In this document: piece after piece, positions 19,187-28,311 of the stretch
Numbering within the stretch: position 1 is the stretch's first letter
Layout of the letters: every line of letters starts with the position of its first letter
Assembly (NCBI GenBank): GCA_964439805.1
Contig: CAYTOI010000003.1
Coordinates: 36,844 to 100,843, forward strand
Direction: 5' to 3'
Length of the DNA stretch: 64,000 nucleotides
DNA from: an uncultured Pseudomonadales bacterium
Lineage (GTDB): Bacteria; Patescibacteriota; Microgenomatia; UBA1400; MFAQ01
Made by a program: the position numbers and the translations under genes
The notes under the pieces: model-generated
What the model was told of the DNA's origin: nothing
What the model saw: only the letters and a program-made list of their open reading frames with translations
Database searches by the model: none

Positions 19187-19540
19187 ATGAAACAGAATAT
19201 TCATCCTCAATACGAACAAATGGAAGTAAATTGTGCCTGCGGCAACAAATTTGTTGTTGGCGGAACCCGCAAAACACTTCACATCGACGTATGTGACAAA
19301 TGCCACCCTTTCTTTACTGGTACCCAAAAATTCATCGACGCTCTAGGTAGAGTAGACAAATTTATGGCCAAGAGAACTGCTGCTGCAGGATATGTAAAGA
19401 AGAACAAAAAAGGTTCTGATACTGTAGACTCCACTCCTAAGACACTCAAAGAAATGCTCGAGGCCAAAAAAGCCGCCGATGCTAAAGTGAAAAAAGAAGT
19501 TGTTGAAGCTGTCGAAGAAGCCACTCCAGCCACTGTCTAG
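19187..19540 (+). CDS. rpmE: 50S ribosomal protein L31 (Zn type) with C-terminal extension
   Basis: MK.NIHP.Y, CACG, CDKCHPFFTG, GRVDKF. Confidence 0.95.
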   Translation: MKQNIHPQYEQMEVNCACGNKFVVGGTRKTLHIDVCDKCHPFFTGTQKFIDALGRVDKFMAKRTAAAGYVKKNKKGSDTVDSTPKTLKEMLEAKKAADAKVKKEVVEAVEEATPATV

Positions 19541-19570
19541 ATCCATTTAACCCCAAAAGACTCCCATTAC

Positions 19571-19598
19571 CTGACATCTGAGATCTGAAATCTGTGAT
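19571..19598. repeat. Heptamer array between rpmE and prfA
   Basis: ctgacat-ctgagat-ctgaaat-ctgtgat. Confidence 0.8.
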
Positions 19599-19609
19599 CT
19601 AATAATATT

Positions 19610-20533
19610 ATGGACAACAATCCCTACATCCAAGCAGAAATTGAGCGTCTCAAGGCTGAAATAGCCTCAAACGAAGCCTTAATTGCAGACCCAGAACTAG
19701 GACCTCTTGCCGTGTCCGAAATCGAAAGGCTAAACCAAGCCATCAGCCAGCTTACCCAAACCAACACCCACGAAGAATCAGCCTCAGAATCAGAAAATTT
19801 CAACTCCGCACCTGCTATTATCGAAGTCCGAGGCGCAGCCGGTGGTGACGAATCAAAAATCTTCGCCGAGGATCTTCTCCGAATGTATACCCGCTTTGCC
19901 CAAAACCATGGCTTCTCCCTAGAATACCTAGACGACGACGTCATCAAAATTAGCCGACCAGATCGCACCCTATGGAATCATGGTGCTTATGAGACCTTCC
20001 AATACGAGTCTGGCGTTCACCGCGTCCAGAGAGTCCCAGAAACCGAGGCCCAAGGCAGAATCCACACTAGCACAGCTACAATTGCCGTATTGCCAGAGAT
20101 CAAGTCCAATCAGTATGAAGTTAAAGACCAAGACCTATCCTGGCAGTTTACTCGTGCAGGTGGACCAGGAGGCCAAAACGTCAATAAAGTAAACACTGCT
20201 GTTCGCCTTACCCACGTTCCCACAGGCGTTACCGTCTTTGTGCGTGAGGAACGATATCAAGCTAGAAACAAAGAAATTGCTCTAAACCTACTCAGATCCC
20301 GCCTCTGGCAAGCAGAAGAAGACAAAAGAATGGCCGCAATCTCTAGCCAGCGCGCAGAAGCAGTTGGGTCAGGATCACGCTCGGAAAAAATAAAAACCTA
20401 CAACTTCCCCCAAAACAGACTCACCGACCACAGACTAAACCAATCTTGGCACAATCTCAAAGATGTCATGGAAGGCGAACTCGAAGACGTCTTCGAAACA
20501 ACCCTATCCTTCTTCTCCCCTCCTCAACAATAA
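19610..20533 (+). CDS. prfA: Peptide chain release factor 1 (shortened N-domain)
   Basis: ESGVHRVQRVPETE (PxT), GGQNVNK, TYNFPQNR. Confidence 0.93.
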   Translation: MDNNPYIQAEIERLKAEIASNEALIADPELGPLAVSEIERLNQAISQLTQTNTHEESASESENFNSAPAIIEVRGAAGGDESKIFAEDLLRMYTRFAQNHGFSLEYLDDDVIKISRPDRTLWNHGAYETFQYESGVHRVQRVPETEAQGRIHTSTATIAVLPEIKSNQYEVKDQDLSWQFTRAGGPGGQNVNKVNTAVRLTHVPTGVTVFVREERYQARNKEIALNLLRSRLWQAEEDKRMAAISSQRAEAVGSGSRSEKIKTYNFPQNRLTDHRLNQSWHNLKDVMEGELEDVFETTLSFFSPPQQ

Positions 20534-20627
20534 GGTCATTACAATATTTTTTTGGCTAAATAGCCAAAAACTGAACTTAATGCTAAAATAGCCATCGAAC
20601 GCAAATTTATAAGTTAAGGAGTTGTAC

Positions 20628-21248
20628 ATGGAATTAAAGTCGGTTGGCTATTGGACAGTTAAGGTTGCAAATAAGTATATGATTTTGGTTGCAGGTGAGG
20701 TGACCCAAAAAATTCCCCTACCCGTAACAGCCAATACAGTAAGGCTGGAAGATTCCCTGGGCACCAAAATTTGCTACCGTAGTCCCGAAAATTATCTTGA
20801 AGTTTTCAGCTCCGTCTCCATCTTGGCAATTTTTGACCCTCGGTTTGACGAACTAAAGCTTGTTGAACCAACTCCCTCAGAATGGTTAGAATTTTTAATC
20901 AGCGCGGTCTCCGATCACGAGTCAATACAGCAAGCAAAAAACATTTTGGCAATACTCAAAAATCGCCTTGCTGCACAGCTTGAAGTCCTTAATAAGATCA
21001 AAGACAACCTTCCCAAAAATGGCATTGTCAAACAGTCAGCCAATGTCTTGAAAACAATTAATTGGAAAGGCTCAATAATGGAAGTCTGGCGAGCGTACGA
21101 CAAGGCTTACCCCGATAAATCTTTGTCAATTCAAGAAAAAACCCCAGAAATGATCAAATCATGGCTCAAGAGCTGGTTAACATCTTACTCCCGACCCGAA
21201 AACACCACCAGAACTACTGAAAAAAGTGAGGTAAAAGAAAATGACTAA
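20628..21248 (+). CDS. Orphan protein
   Basis: TGCTAAAAT and AAGGAG SD upstream. Confidence 0.7.
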   Translation: MELKSVGYWTVKVANKYMILVAGEVTQKIPLPVTANTVRLEDSLGTKICYRSPENYLEVFSSVSILAIFDPRFDELKLVEPTPSEWLEFLISAVSDHESIQQAKNILAILKNRLAAQLEVLNKIKDNLPKNGIVKQSANVLKTINWKGSIMEVWRAYDKAYPDKSLSIQEKTPEMIKSWLKSWLTSYSRPENTTRTTEKSEVKEND

Positions 21249-21522
21249 TAAAAATAATCTCCCCATCGACGATGGAAGCAACAATCGCGACAATCCCGAA
21301 CGTGACAATATCCATTGGACTGGCAGCATTCAAGTAAAGCCTGTACGATTCCATGTTGGACCTACCCAAAAACGCCAGTTTCACTGGATCGTATTTGCGC
21401 TGGCCCTCCTGCTCTACTTCATCGCCAAGGCAGTTTCAGTCAGCCTCAACTTACCGATCGATATGTATGCTGTGGTAATTATCGTGGCCGCACTTGCTGC
21501 CTACCACCACTACTACAAGTAG
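21241..21522 (+). CDS. Orphan protein with 2 C-terminal TMs
   Basis: GAGG SD; overlaps previous stop. Confidence 0.65.
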   Translation: MTNKNNLPIDDGSNNRDNPERDNIHWTGSIQVKPVRFHVGPTQKRQFHWIVFALALLLYFIAKAVSVSLNLPIDMYAVVIIVAALAAYHHYYK

Positions 21523-21531
21523 TTCTCCTCA

Positions 21532-21563
21532 AACCCAAAAGCCCTCGAATTCGAGGGCTTTTT
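21532..21563 (+). terminator. Terminator sharing 17 nt with 22670-22686
   Basis: aacccaaaagccctcga-at-tcgagggcttttt. Confidence 0.8.
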
Positions 21564-21640
21564 CATATTTTGACCACAAATCTACCAAAATGTGGTATAA
21601 TATAGGATATCCCAAATCGCAGTTTTAAAAGGAGCTAAAG

Positions 21641-22066
21641 ATGGCAAAAGATATTACAGATGGAATTGATCTAAAGTGCAAAAAAGCTGGGTGCGAAGGC
21701 AAGATTCATGTGACATTCCGTCAATGGTACAAACGTGATTTTATGATTGCAGAAGATGGTAAGTGCATTCAATTTTGCGATGGAAACGCTACCGACTCAC
21801 CGATTGTGTGTAGTCTTTGCGGATCCCAATACAAATTCAACACTCTCTTCGAAGTGAGTGAAGAAGATCTGGCCGCAATTATGACTTACATTAAAGCTAC
21901 AGCACCAAAAGCATACCCGTATGTCATCGGTGGTGGAGCATATGCAAGCCCAGGCGGTACTGCAGTCGGCGAAGGTGGAATTTTAATAGAAAACCAACGT
22001 AACGATTTAGAAATTAATATCATTACCAACGGCAAAAAACGAACCATCTCGATTTCATCGAAATAA
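21641..22066 (+). CDS. Orphan protein with putative Zn-ribbon
   Basis: C....C and C..C pairs; TGTGGTATAAT and AAGGAG upstream. Confidence 0.7.
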   Translation: MAKDITDGIDLKCKKAGCEGKIHVTFRQWYKRDFMIAEDGKCIQFCDGNATDSPIVCSLCGSQYKFNTLFEVSEEDLAAIMTYIKATAPKAYPYVIGGGAYASPGGTAVGEGGILIENQRNDLEINIITNGKKRTISISSK

Positions 22067-22132
22067 ATCCAAAAGTCTCACTGATTTACAGAAGTTTGGC
22101 TTAATTTTTTATCTCAACGAAAGGAGAAAAAA

Positions 22133-22663
22133 ATGGAATTCACATGCACAAGATGCACGTCTGAAATAAAAATCATTGGACCATACACACCAAAACTTGC
22201 TCGAACAACACGGTTAATAACATCCCATGATGGTTTAAATAAAATGGCAGTAACCAACGACGTTGTACACTGTAGCAATTGCGGTGCCATAAGCCATGTC
22301 TTGACGTCAGCCAACTGGCTTGATCTGCTTCTCGCCGATCTAAACGAAGGTTGCTTGCTTGTAATCAAATCACTGACAGATGTCTACCTGATTTATCATA
22401 CCGAGTACGATGTTAGCAAGCCACTGTACAAACTAGATCAGGTCGAAATCGATCAGTTTGTCTCATTGTGTGGTATCACATTCAAGCAATTAGGCACCTC
22501 TAACGGCTCAACCGTTATCGCAAACCTCACAGTAAACGGAAATGTTAATGCAAACATAGTCATTGGTAACGACAACCAGAGTAAAACCACTATCAAAGCA
22601 AAAGGCATTGATATCAATGTAATCATGTTAGGAGATGGCTTAATTTTTACAAACAGAAAGTAG
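22133..22663 (+). CDS. Orphan protein with putative Zn-ribbon
   Basis: CTRC...CSNC; AAGGAG SD. Confidence 0.7.
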   Translation: MEFTCTRCTSEIKIIGPYTPKLARTTRLITSHDGLNKMAVTNDVVHCSNCGAISHVLTSANWLDLLLADLNEGCLLVIKSLTDVYLIYHTEYDVSKPLYKLDQVEIDQFVSLCGITFKQLGTSNGSTVIANLTVNGNVNANIVIGNDNQSKTTIKAKGIDINVIMLGDGLIFTNRK

Positions 22664-22669
22664 CTCATC

Positions 22670-22714
22670 AACCCAAAAGCCCTCGAGTTTAAACGCTCGG
22701 GGGCTTCTTTTTTT
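22670..22714 (+). terminator. Terminator
   Basis: aagccctcgag...ctcgggggctt followed by T-run. Confidence 0.75.
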
Positions 22715-22725
22715 GATATAGTCAT

Positions 22726-22748
22726 CAATCCGCCTTTGGCGGATATTA
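22726..22748. repeat. Short palindrome ATCCGCC-N3-GGCGGAT, copy 1
   Basis: 22/23 identical to 24241-24263. Confidence 0.75.
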
Positions 22749-23963
22749 CTTGGGTTCTTGAGTTTTTGAGTTCTTCAGTTCTTTAAGTACTTCCAACGCC
22801 TTCTCCAACTGATTATCAGCCTTAGGATCTTTCTCATTATATTTAAACTCCACTTTCACATCTGGTTCAAGTCCATCACCATGAATATTTTTTCCAGAAG
22901 GAAGCAACCATTCAGCAATAGTAACGTGCAAAGATGAACCATCACCAATTTCTTGTGCTTCTTGTACAGTCCCTTTTCCAAAACTCTTCTCTCCTACTAG
23001 CTTAACCCCAAGTCTTTCTTTGAGCGCTCCAGCTAATATTTCTGACGCTGATGCAGAACCTTTGTTGATAAGTACTACAAGTGGCATACCAATTAGTTTT
23101 CCTTTGCGATCTACATTAAGAGACTCAGTCCCCTTTCTGTCTCGCTGAGAAACTATCACTCCATCACTTATAAACTCACTACCAAGGTCTACAGCTCTCT
23201 GTAGGTATCCACCAGGGTTATTTCGAACGTCTAGAATTACACCAGTAGCTTTTTTTGCTAGAATTTCTTTTACAAATCCTTCCCACTCTGGCAATGTTTT
23301 CTCTCCAAACTTGTTTACTCTTATTACGGCTACTTTGCCATTATCAATCCACTCAAGCTCTGTAGAAGGTACATTTATCATGTCGCGAACCAATGCAATC
23401 TCTTTACTTTGTTTTTCTTTTACTGAAAATATTGTAAGTTTCACGGTAGTCCCCTTTTCTCCTCGAATCAGATTAACTGCCTCCTCAAGACCAATTCCAG
23501 AAGTATCTTTCTTTACTCCCTTAGCCTCATCAACAATTTTCAAGATCAAATCCCCTGCCACAATCCCGGCTTTAGCTGCCGGACTGTCTTTGATAGGGCT
23601 CATAACCGCCAAAGTTTTCTCTACATACCCTAGCTGAATTCCGACACCACCAAATTCACCTTTAAGGTCTTCTTTTGATCTTGTATTTTCTACTGGTGGA
23701 AAAAAGGCAGTGTAAGGATCGCCCAAAGAAGCAGTCATTCCCTCAGCTGCCCCATACATGAGTTTTTTAGCGTCAATTGCTTCTGGCTTAAGATAGTCTT
23801 TCTTCAACCTCTCAAGGACATTATTCATGACCTTGGTGTTTACTTCACTAGGTACATTACTACTAGATAATAGCTGTCTCTCTTTATATACAGAGCCGCC
23901 TACAAACGACATTCCAGCAACAAAAATAACAACCAAAAAGTTACGAACGTTCTTCAAGTTCAT
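22746..23963 (-). CDS. ctpA: S41 carboxyl-terminal processing protease
   Basis: DPYT, PDZ, DVRNNPGG, SASASE, FGKGTVQ; ends in ELKNSKTQE repeat. Confidence 0.93.
   Translation of the reverse strand: MNLKNVRNFLVVIFVAGMSFVGGSVYKERQLLSSSNVPSEVNTKVMNNVLERLKKDYLKPEAIDAKKLMYGAAEGMTASLGDPYTAFFPPVENTRSKEDLKGEFGGVGIQLGYVEKTLAVMSPIKDSPAAKAGIVAGDLILKIVDEAKGVKKDTSGIGLEEAVNLIRGEKGTTVKLTIFSVKEKQSKEIALVRDMINVPSTELEWIDNGKVAVIRVNKFGEKTLPEWEGFVKEILAKKATGVILDVRNNPGGYLQRAVDLGSEFISDGVIVSQRDRKGTESLNVDRKGKLIGMPLVVLINKGSASASEILAGALKERLGVKLVGEKSFGKGTVQEAQEIGDGSSLHVTIAEWLLPSGKNIHGDGLEPDVKVEFKYNEKDPKADNQLEKALEVLKELKNSKTQEPK
22749..22780. repeat. Octamer array encoding CtpA C-terminus
   Basis: cttgggtt-cttgagtt-tttgagtt-cttcagtt. 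Confidence 0.85.
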
Positions 23964-23998
23964 GGGCAGAGCAATATATATTTTTGTAATTTCAATCC

Positions 23999-24229
23999 TT
24001 ACGCCTTATCAGTGAAAGGAAGAAGAGCCAAGTGTCTGGCTTGTTTCACGGAACGTGCCATTCTTAGCTGGTGTTTTTCGCAAACTCCAGTTGTCCATCG
24101 GGCAACAATTCTTTTTTTAGGTGAAATACCAATAGCCAAGGATTCTAGATCCGAGTACTTAGGCTCAACTTTTTTAACACAAAAAGGGCATGGCTTTTTG
24201 GACTTACGATTTTTTTTCTTTAATATCAT
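23999..24229 (-). CDS. rpsR: 30S ribosomal protein S18
   Basis: CPFC, TGVC.KHQ, K.AR.LALLPF. Confidence 0.93.
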   Translation of the reverse strand: MILKKKNRKSKKPCPFCVKKVEPKYSDLESLAIGISPKKRIVARWTTGVCEKHQLRMARSVKQARHLALLPFTDKA

Positions 24230-24240
24230 TTTCTTGTATT

Positions 24241-24263
24241 CAATCCGCCTATGGCGGATATTA
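24241..24263. repeat. Short palindrome ATCCGCC-N3-GGCGGAT, copy 2
   Basis: Between ssb and rpsR. Confidence 0.75.
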
Positions 24264-24271
24264 TTAATTAT

Positions 24272-24775
24272 TTAAAATGGGATCTCATCTGTATTGTCTA
24301 CAGTTGAGGTGGTCTTGGAATCATCTGCACTAAATATCTCTTCAGCTGGTGAAGTAGTACTTGTTGATGTGGTTGGGCTAGGAGCATAAGCAGAAGCGTC
24401 AAAGTTAGTGGTATAGTTTCCTGCATTATTACCGTTCTTTGGAGCGTCCAAAGCCATCATTTCTTCAATGACTATTTCAGTAATTTGCTTGTCACTACCA
24501 TCTTGGGTTTTCCATTGTCTGGTTTGAAGTCTTCCTTCTACAAAAACCTTGCGGCCTTTTTGAAGTAATTGACTACAAATTTCGCCCAATTTTCCCCAGG
24601 CTACTATGCGGTGAAACTCAGCACCTTCTTGCTTTTGGCCAGAAGAGTCGGTCCACTCACGATTGGTAGCGATACCAAAGGTACAAACTGCACTACCCTG
24701 AGGGGTATATTTTAGTTCTGGGTCTCTTGTTAAGTTCCCTATTAAGGTAACTCTGTTTAAACTTCTTGTGCTCAT
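24272..24775 (-). CDS. ssb: Single-stranded DNA-binding protein
   Basis: LN.V.LIGNLTRDPE, C-terminal DEIPF. Confidence 0.97.
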   Translation of the reverse strand: MSTRSLNRVTLIGNLTRDPELKYTPQGSAVCTFGIATNREWTDSSGQKQEGAEFHRIVAWGKLGEICSQLLQKGRKVFVEGRLQTRQWKTQDGSDKQITEIVIEEMMALDAPKNGNNAGNYTTNFDASAYAPSPTTSTSTTSPAEEIFSADDSKTTSTVDNTDEIPF

Positions 24776-24785
24776 ATTTTTAGAA

Positions 24786-25103
24786 TTAAATTCTAATCAT
24801 TAAAAATCTTAACATTTTGTCATCCATCTGCAAATCCTTCTCCAGGAGTTTTGCTGACTCTGTGCTACCCTCAATTACCAGCTTAAGGTAATATCCTCGG
24901 GACTGTTTTTTAATCTCGTATGCCATGGTTTTGGTTCCCCATTTGTCAGTTTCTACTACCTTCAAACCGCGCTTTTTGCACTTCTCGTTGATCTGCTTCT
25001 CAGCACCAACTTCGTTTTCGGAGGTAGGATAAATGACAACGAGCTCATACTTAGCTTCCGCTGAGCCCATGGACTTTGTGTTTTCGGTTGTCTTTTTAGC
25101 CAT
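24786..25103 (-). CDS. rpsF: 30S ribosomal protein S6
   Basis: YEL, WG...AYEI.K...GYY, LR; rpsF-ssb-rpsR order. Confidence 0.92.
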   Translation of the reverse strand: MAKKTTENTKSMGSAEAKYELVVIYPTSENEVGAEKQINEKCKKRGLKVVETDKWGTKTMAYEIKKQSRGYYLKLVIEGSTESAKLLEKDLQMDDKMLRFLMIRI

Positions 25104-25230
25104 ATTTAGCTTATTTTATTAACTTATGTATTCTACTACATATACCCCACCCAAACCAGCCCTAAGGATATAGGCCTATATATATGCTATAATACCCACA
25201 GCTTCGCATCTTGATAAATAGGAGAAAGAC

Positions 25231-25404
25231 ATGAAATACATACCCGCACTTATTTTTACCATTCCAATCGCAGTTAGCATGGTCAAGTTAATAGATTTAG
25301 TGAAAAACTCCACTGGATTAGAGAGCGTCTTAGCTTATGGATTTTGGTTCATTGGATCGTGCTTGTTGCTTATCGCTGCCTTGTATTTTGCAAAAAACAG
25401 CTAA
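25231..25404 (+). CDS. Small 2-TM protein, paralogue 1 (57 aa, absent from ORF track)
   Basis: TGCTATAAT and AGGAG upstream; MKYIPALIFTIP...FIGSCLLLIAALYFAKNS. Confidence 0.7.
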   Translation: MKYIPALIFTIPIAVSMVKLIDLVKNSTGLESVLAYGFWFIGSCLLLIAALYFAKNS

Positions 25405-25447
25405 TTCGCTGACATCATATTACAACTTGATAAATAGGAGAAATTGT

Positions 25448-25624
25448 ATGAATAAAATACCGGTATTTTTAGCAGCTTTACCAACAGTAATTATCATGTC
25501 ATTGTTAATACGTTCATTGGAAACTGCCAAAGGAATAGAAATTATCTTAATCTTAGGCTTTTTGTTCATTGGATACTGCATAATGCTGGTTGCAGCAATG
25601 TATTGGGCAACAAAAAACAAATAA
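25448..25624 (+). CDS. Small 2-TM protein, paralogue 2
   Basis: Same TTGATAAATAGGAGAAA leader; ...FIGYCIMLVAAMYWA; terminator 25628-25653. Confidence 0.7.
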   Translation: MNKIPVFLAALPTVIIMSLLIRSLETAKGIEIILILGFLFIGYCIMLVAAMYWATKNK

Positions 25625-25651
25625 ATCAAGAGCCACCGCAAGGTGGCTTTT

Positions 25652-26698
25652 TTATGCCCCTATCATGTATTCCACGACATCTCCGTCTTTCATCACATAT
25701 TCCTTTCCCTCCATCCCCACCTTGCCCTTCTCCGCCGCTTCCTTCCAACCACCTAGTGCCACAAAGTCATCATACTTACATACTTTGGCTTTTATAAACT
25801 TCTTTTCAAAATCAGTGTGAATTACTCCAGCTGCCTGAGGGGCTCTTGTTCCATCTGTTATCGTCCAAGCTCTAGTTTCGGTAACTCCAGTCGTCAAAAA
25901 GCTAATAAGACCTAAAGTTTCGTAAGCTTTACGAATCAATCTATCTAGCCCTGACTCATTTAATCCCATCTCAGCAAGAAACATTTCCGCTTCCTCCTCT
26001 GGCAAACTACTTATTTCCGCCTCTATCTTGGCAGAAACACACAAATCTCCTCCGCTCACTCTCAACCTAGCATCATTTTCACTCACATTAAACACTTTAA
26101 TCTCTTTCTTCGCAGTCAACATACACAAATCTTTCACCAGCTCCAGCTCATCAAAAGCCAAAATCTCCCTTGCGGGTTTATTTTCATTTAAACCAACCCA
26201 AAGTCTCTCAACTAATTCTTTTTTCTTTAACTGTCTTGGGTCCTTGAGTTCTGGAGTTCTAGAGTTCTTTACTTTATCTACTGTTTCCAAATCCTTAAGT
26301 ATCAGCTCAGTTTCTATTACTTCGTAGTCAGTTTTTGGATCAACACTCCCCTCTTTTACAATTTCTTTATCATTAAAGTCGCGCAAAACCTGAAGTATTA
26401 CGTCCACCTCTCTAATATGTGTCAAAAACTTGTTTCCAAGACCAGCTCCAGTAGCAGCTCCAGCTACAAGACCAGCAATATCTACAAACTCCACAGTAGC
26501 AGGAACAATTTTGACACTACTAGACATCTTAGCTAGCACCTCAAGACGCTTATCTGGAACCTCAACAATACCCACGTTCGGCTCAATGGTGGCAAAGGGA
26601 TAATTGGCTACCAAAGCTTGCTGCTTCTTTAGAAGCGCATTAAATAACGTCGATTTCCCGACGTTTGGCAACCCCACAATCCCTACTTTAAGTGACAT
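25652..26698 (-). CDS. ychF: Ribosome-binding ATPase YchF
   Basis: GLPNVGKST, NYPFATIEPN, DIAGL, TGS domain. Confidence 0.97.
   Translation of the reverse strand: MSLKVGIVGLPNVGKSTLFNALLKKQQALVANYPFATIEPNVGIVEVPDKRLEVLAKMSSSVKIVPATVEFVDIAGLVAGAATGAGLGNKFLTHIREVDVILQVLRDFNDKEIVKEGSVDPKTDYEVIETELILKDLETVDKVKNSRTPELKDPRQLKKKELVERLWVGLNENKPAREILAFDELELVKDLCMLTAKKEIKVFNVSENDARLRVSGGDLCVSAKIEAEISSLPEEEAEMFLAEMGLNESGLDRLIRKAYETLGLISFLTTGVTETRAWTITDGTRAPQAAGVIHTDFEKKFIKAKVCKYDDFVALGGWKEAAEKGKVGMEGKEYVMKDGDVVEYMIGA
26235..26266. repeat. Octamer array in frame in YchF
   Basis: cttgggtc-cttgagtt-ctggagtt-ctagagtt = NSRTPELKDP. Confidence 0.8.
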
Positions 26699-26724
26699 CA
26701 GGCTATTTTAACGTAAAACCCCGC

Positions 26725-27249
26725 CTATTGCAGCGGGGTTAAGAGTTTTGAATACCAACGAGATTGAAGATAGGATTTATTCTTTTTGTATGCGATTATC
26801 GCTTCATAGTCACCTACTTCAGCCAAAAAATCAAAAACATCAGCAATCCTATATCTGTTATTTGAGGCATGAACAATAATTTGAGCTGCAATGTCAGCCA
26901 AAACAAGATTCGGATCGTCCATGCCACACAAAATAAACTGATGGCTTCTTTCTGATAGATTAAAAAACCTATCTTCTTTTGAGTATTTATTAAAGAATTT
27001 CTTCATACTCCTATCAGATGACTTTATTTGAACAGGTAATGTATAACTATTTCCTCCTAGCTTCAGTCTGTCTCCAAACAAATCAGTTACTTTTACATAC
27101 ATATCATAACCATGTTTGTCTTCTGGGCTGTTTTGAACTGTTTCAGTTACTGACAACACCCAGGGTCTATCAGAAAACACCATCCAAACTAATTTTGTGG
27201 ATATTTGACCTCTCTCATCAGGATCGGTAATGTCAGGCTGCTTTTTCAA
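26725..27249 (-). CDS. Putative PD-(D/E)xK nuclease-fold protein
   Basis: D..G.D...(n)...PVQIKSS; AAGGAG SD; terminator 26715-26740. Confidence 0.55.
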   Translation of the reverse strand: MKKQPDITDPDERGQISTKLVWMVFSDRPWVLSVTETVQNSPEDKHGYDMYVKVTDLFGDRLKLGGNSYTLPVQIKSSDRSMKKFFNKYSKEDRFFNLSERSHQFILCGMDDPNLVLADIAAQIIVHASNNRYRIADVFDFLAEVGDYEAIIAYKKNKSYLQSRWYSKLLTPLQ

Positions 27250-27311
27250 ATAGTCATCTCCTTTATAAAAGAACTTGGACTATTCTATATCAAAGAGTCG
27301 TATTTAAGCTA

Positions 27312-27530
27312 TTACTTATTTTCTTCGCATTCCTTATATTTATTCTTAAAACTTATTATTTCTCGCCATGGCTTCTTTCTATCAATCACCAGCTTCCATC
27401 CCAAAAGCTCAATTCCTATCAAAGCCACCCACCATCCTGGAAGTATGGGCAAAATCATCCCAGCAATTCCAAAGATAATTAGGAAAATTCCCAAAGCTGT
27501 TCTAAGTGTGGTGATGGTCTTCTGATACAT
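27312..27530 (-). CDS. Small membrane protein, PGPGW-like
   Basis: G..L...G.....LP.LPGW. Confidence 0.65.
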   Translation of the reverse strand: MYQKTITTLRTALGIFLIIFGIAGMILPILPGWWVALIGIELLGWKLVIDRKKPWREIISFKNKYKECEENK

Positions 27531-27558
27531 GAATAGATATCAGTATACCCTACTCGTT

Positions 27559-28176
27559 TTATCTACCCAAGATAAAGCGAACGAGTCTCTGCCAGAAAGT
27601 TAATTCTCTTACTTCTGGAACCACAACTTCTTCGTTTACAGACGGAATGGTTATTACTCTCTCCTCTGTCTCTGTTGGAGTTGGGGTAACTACTGCGGGA
27701 GTTTCAGTTACTCTACTTAATACACTTCCTCTGGAAGTTCTAATACCAAACACACTTCCATTAGCACCTACAGTAATTTTTCTCTCATCCGAAAAAGGTC
27801 CAGGCATACAACCATTGTTAGCTTTTACAGCTGCATAATATGTTCCAGCTGGTAACATGTTGATGTTTACAGATCGAGAGTTGTTATCTCCAAAGTTCGA
27901 CATACCATATATATATTTACCAGGTTGGTTACCATAAGCCAAAGTCCAAGAAGTTGCACCAGATACTTCATTCCAACCAACTTCAATTTCACTAGCACCA
28001 GACTTTCGAACAAAAGAAAATGCAGCTTTTGCAGGAACTGAATTATTACAAACAGGAGCACTAGCAGGAGAAGATCCATAACCAGCAAAAACAGAAGATG
28101 CAAATACCGAGAGTAAAGAAACAGAAAGTACTGAAGCACTTGTAACTCCTACAAACTTTATTTTGTTGTTTTTCAT
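27559..28176 (-). CDS. Secreted fibronectin type III domain protein
   Basis: Signal peptide; W......YG..PG.Y.Y, L..G.YY..V.A.NGC. Confidence 0.75.
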   Translation of the reverse strand: MKNNKIKFVGVTSASVLSVSLLSVFASSVFAGYGSSPASAPVCNNSVPAKAAFSFVRKSGASEIEVGWNEVSGATSWTLAYGNQPGKYIYGMSNFGDNNSRSVNINMLPAGTYYAAVKANNGCMPGPFSDERKITVGANGSVFGIRTSRGSVLSRVTETPAVVTPTPTETEERVITIPSVNEEVVVPEVRELTFWQRLVRFILGR

Positions 28177-28311
28177 TTTGTCTTATAACCTTTTTAATAA
28201 AGGTAAAAATATATGTAACTGCTGAGATTGTAGCATAACTTTCTAAAAGTAAATACCATTAAATATTATAGAGTGCATTTATGCGATGTTTCGTATATAA
28301 TCCGCGTTGCT

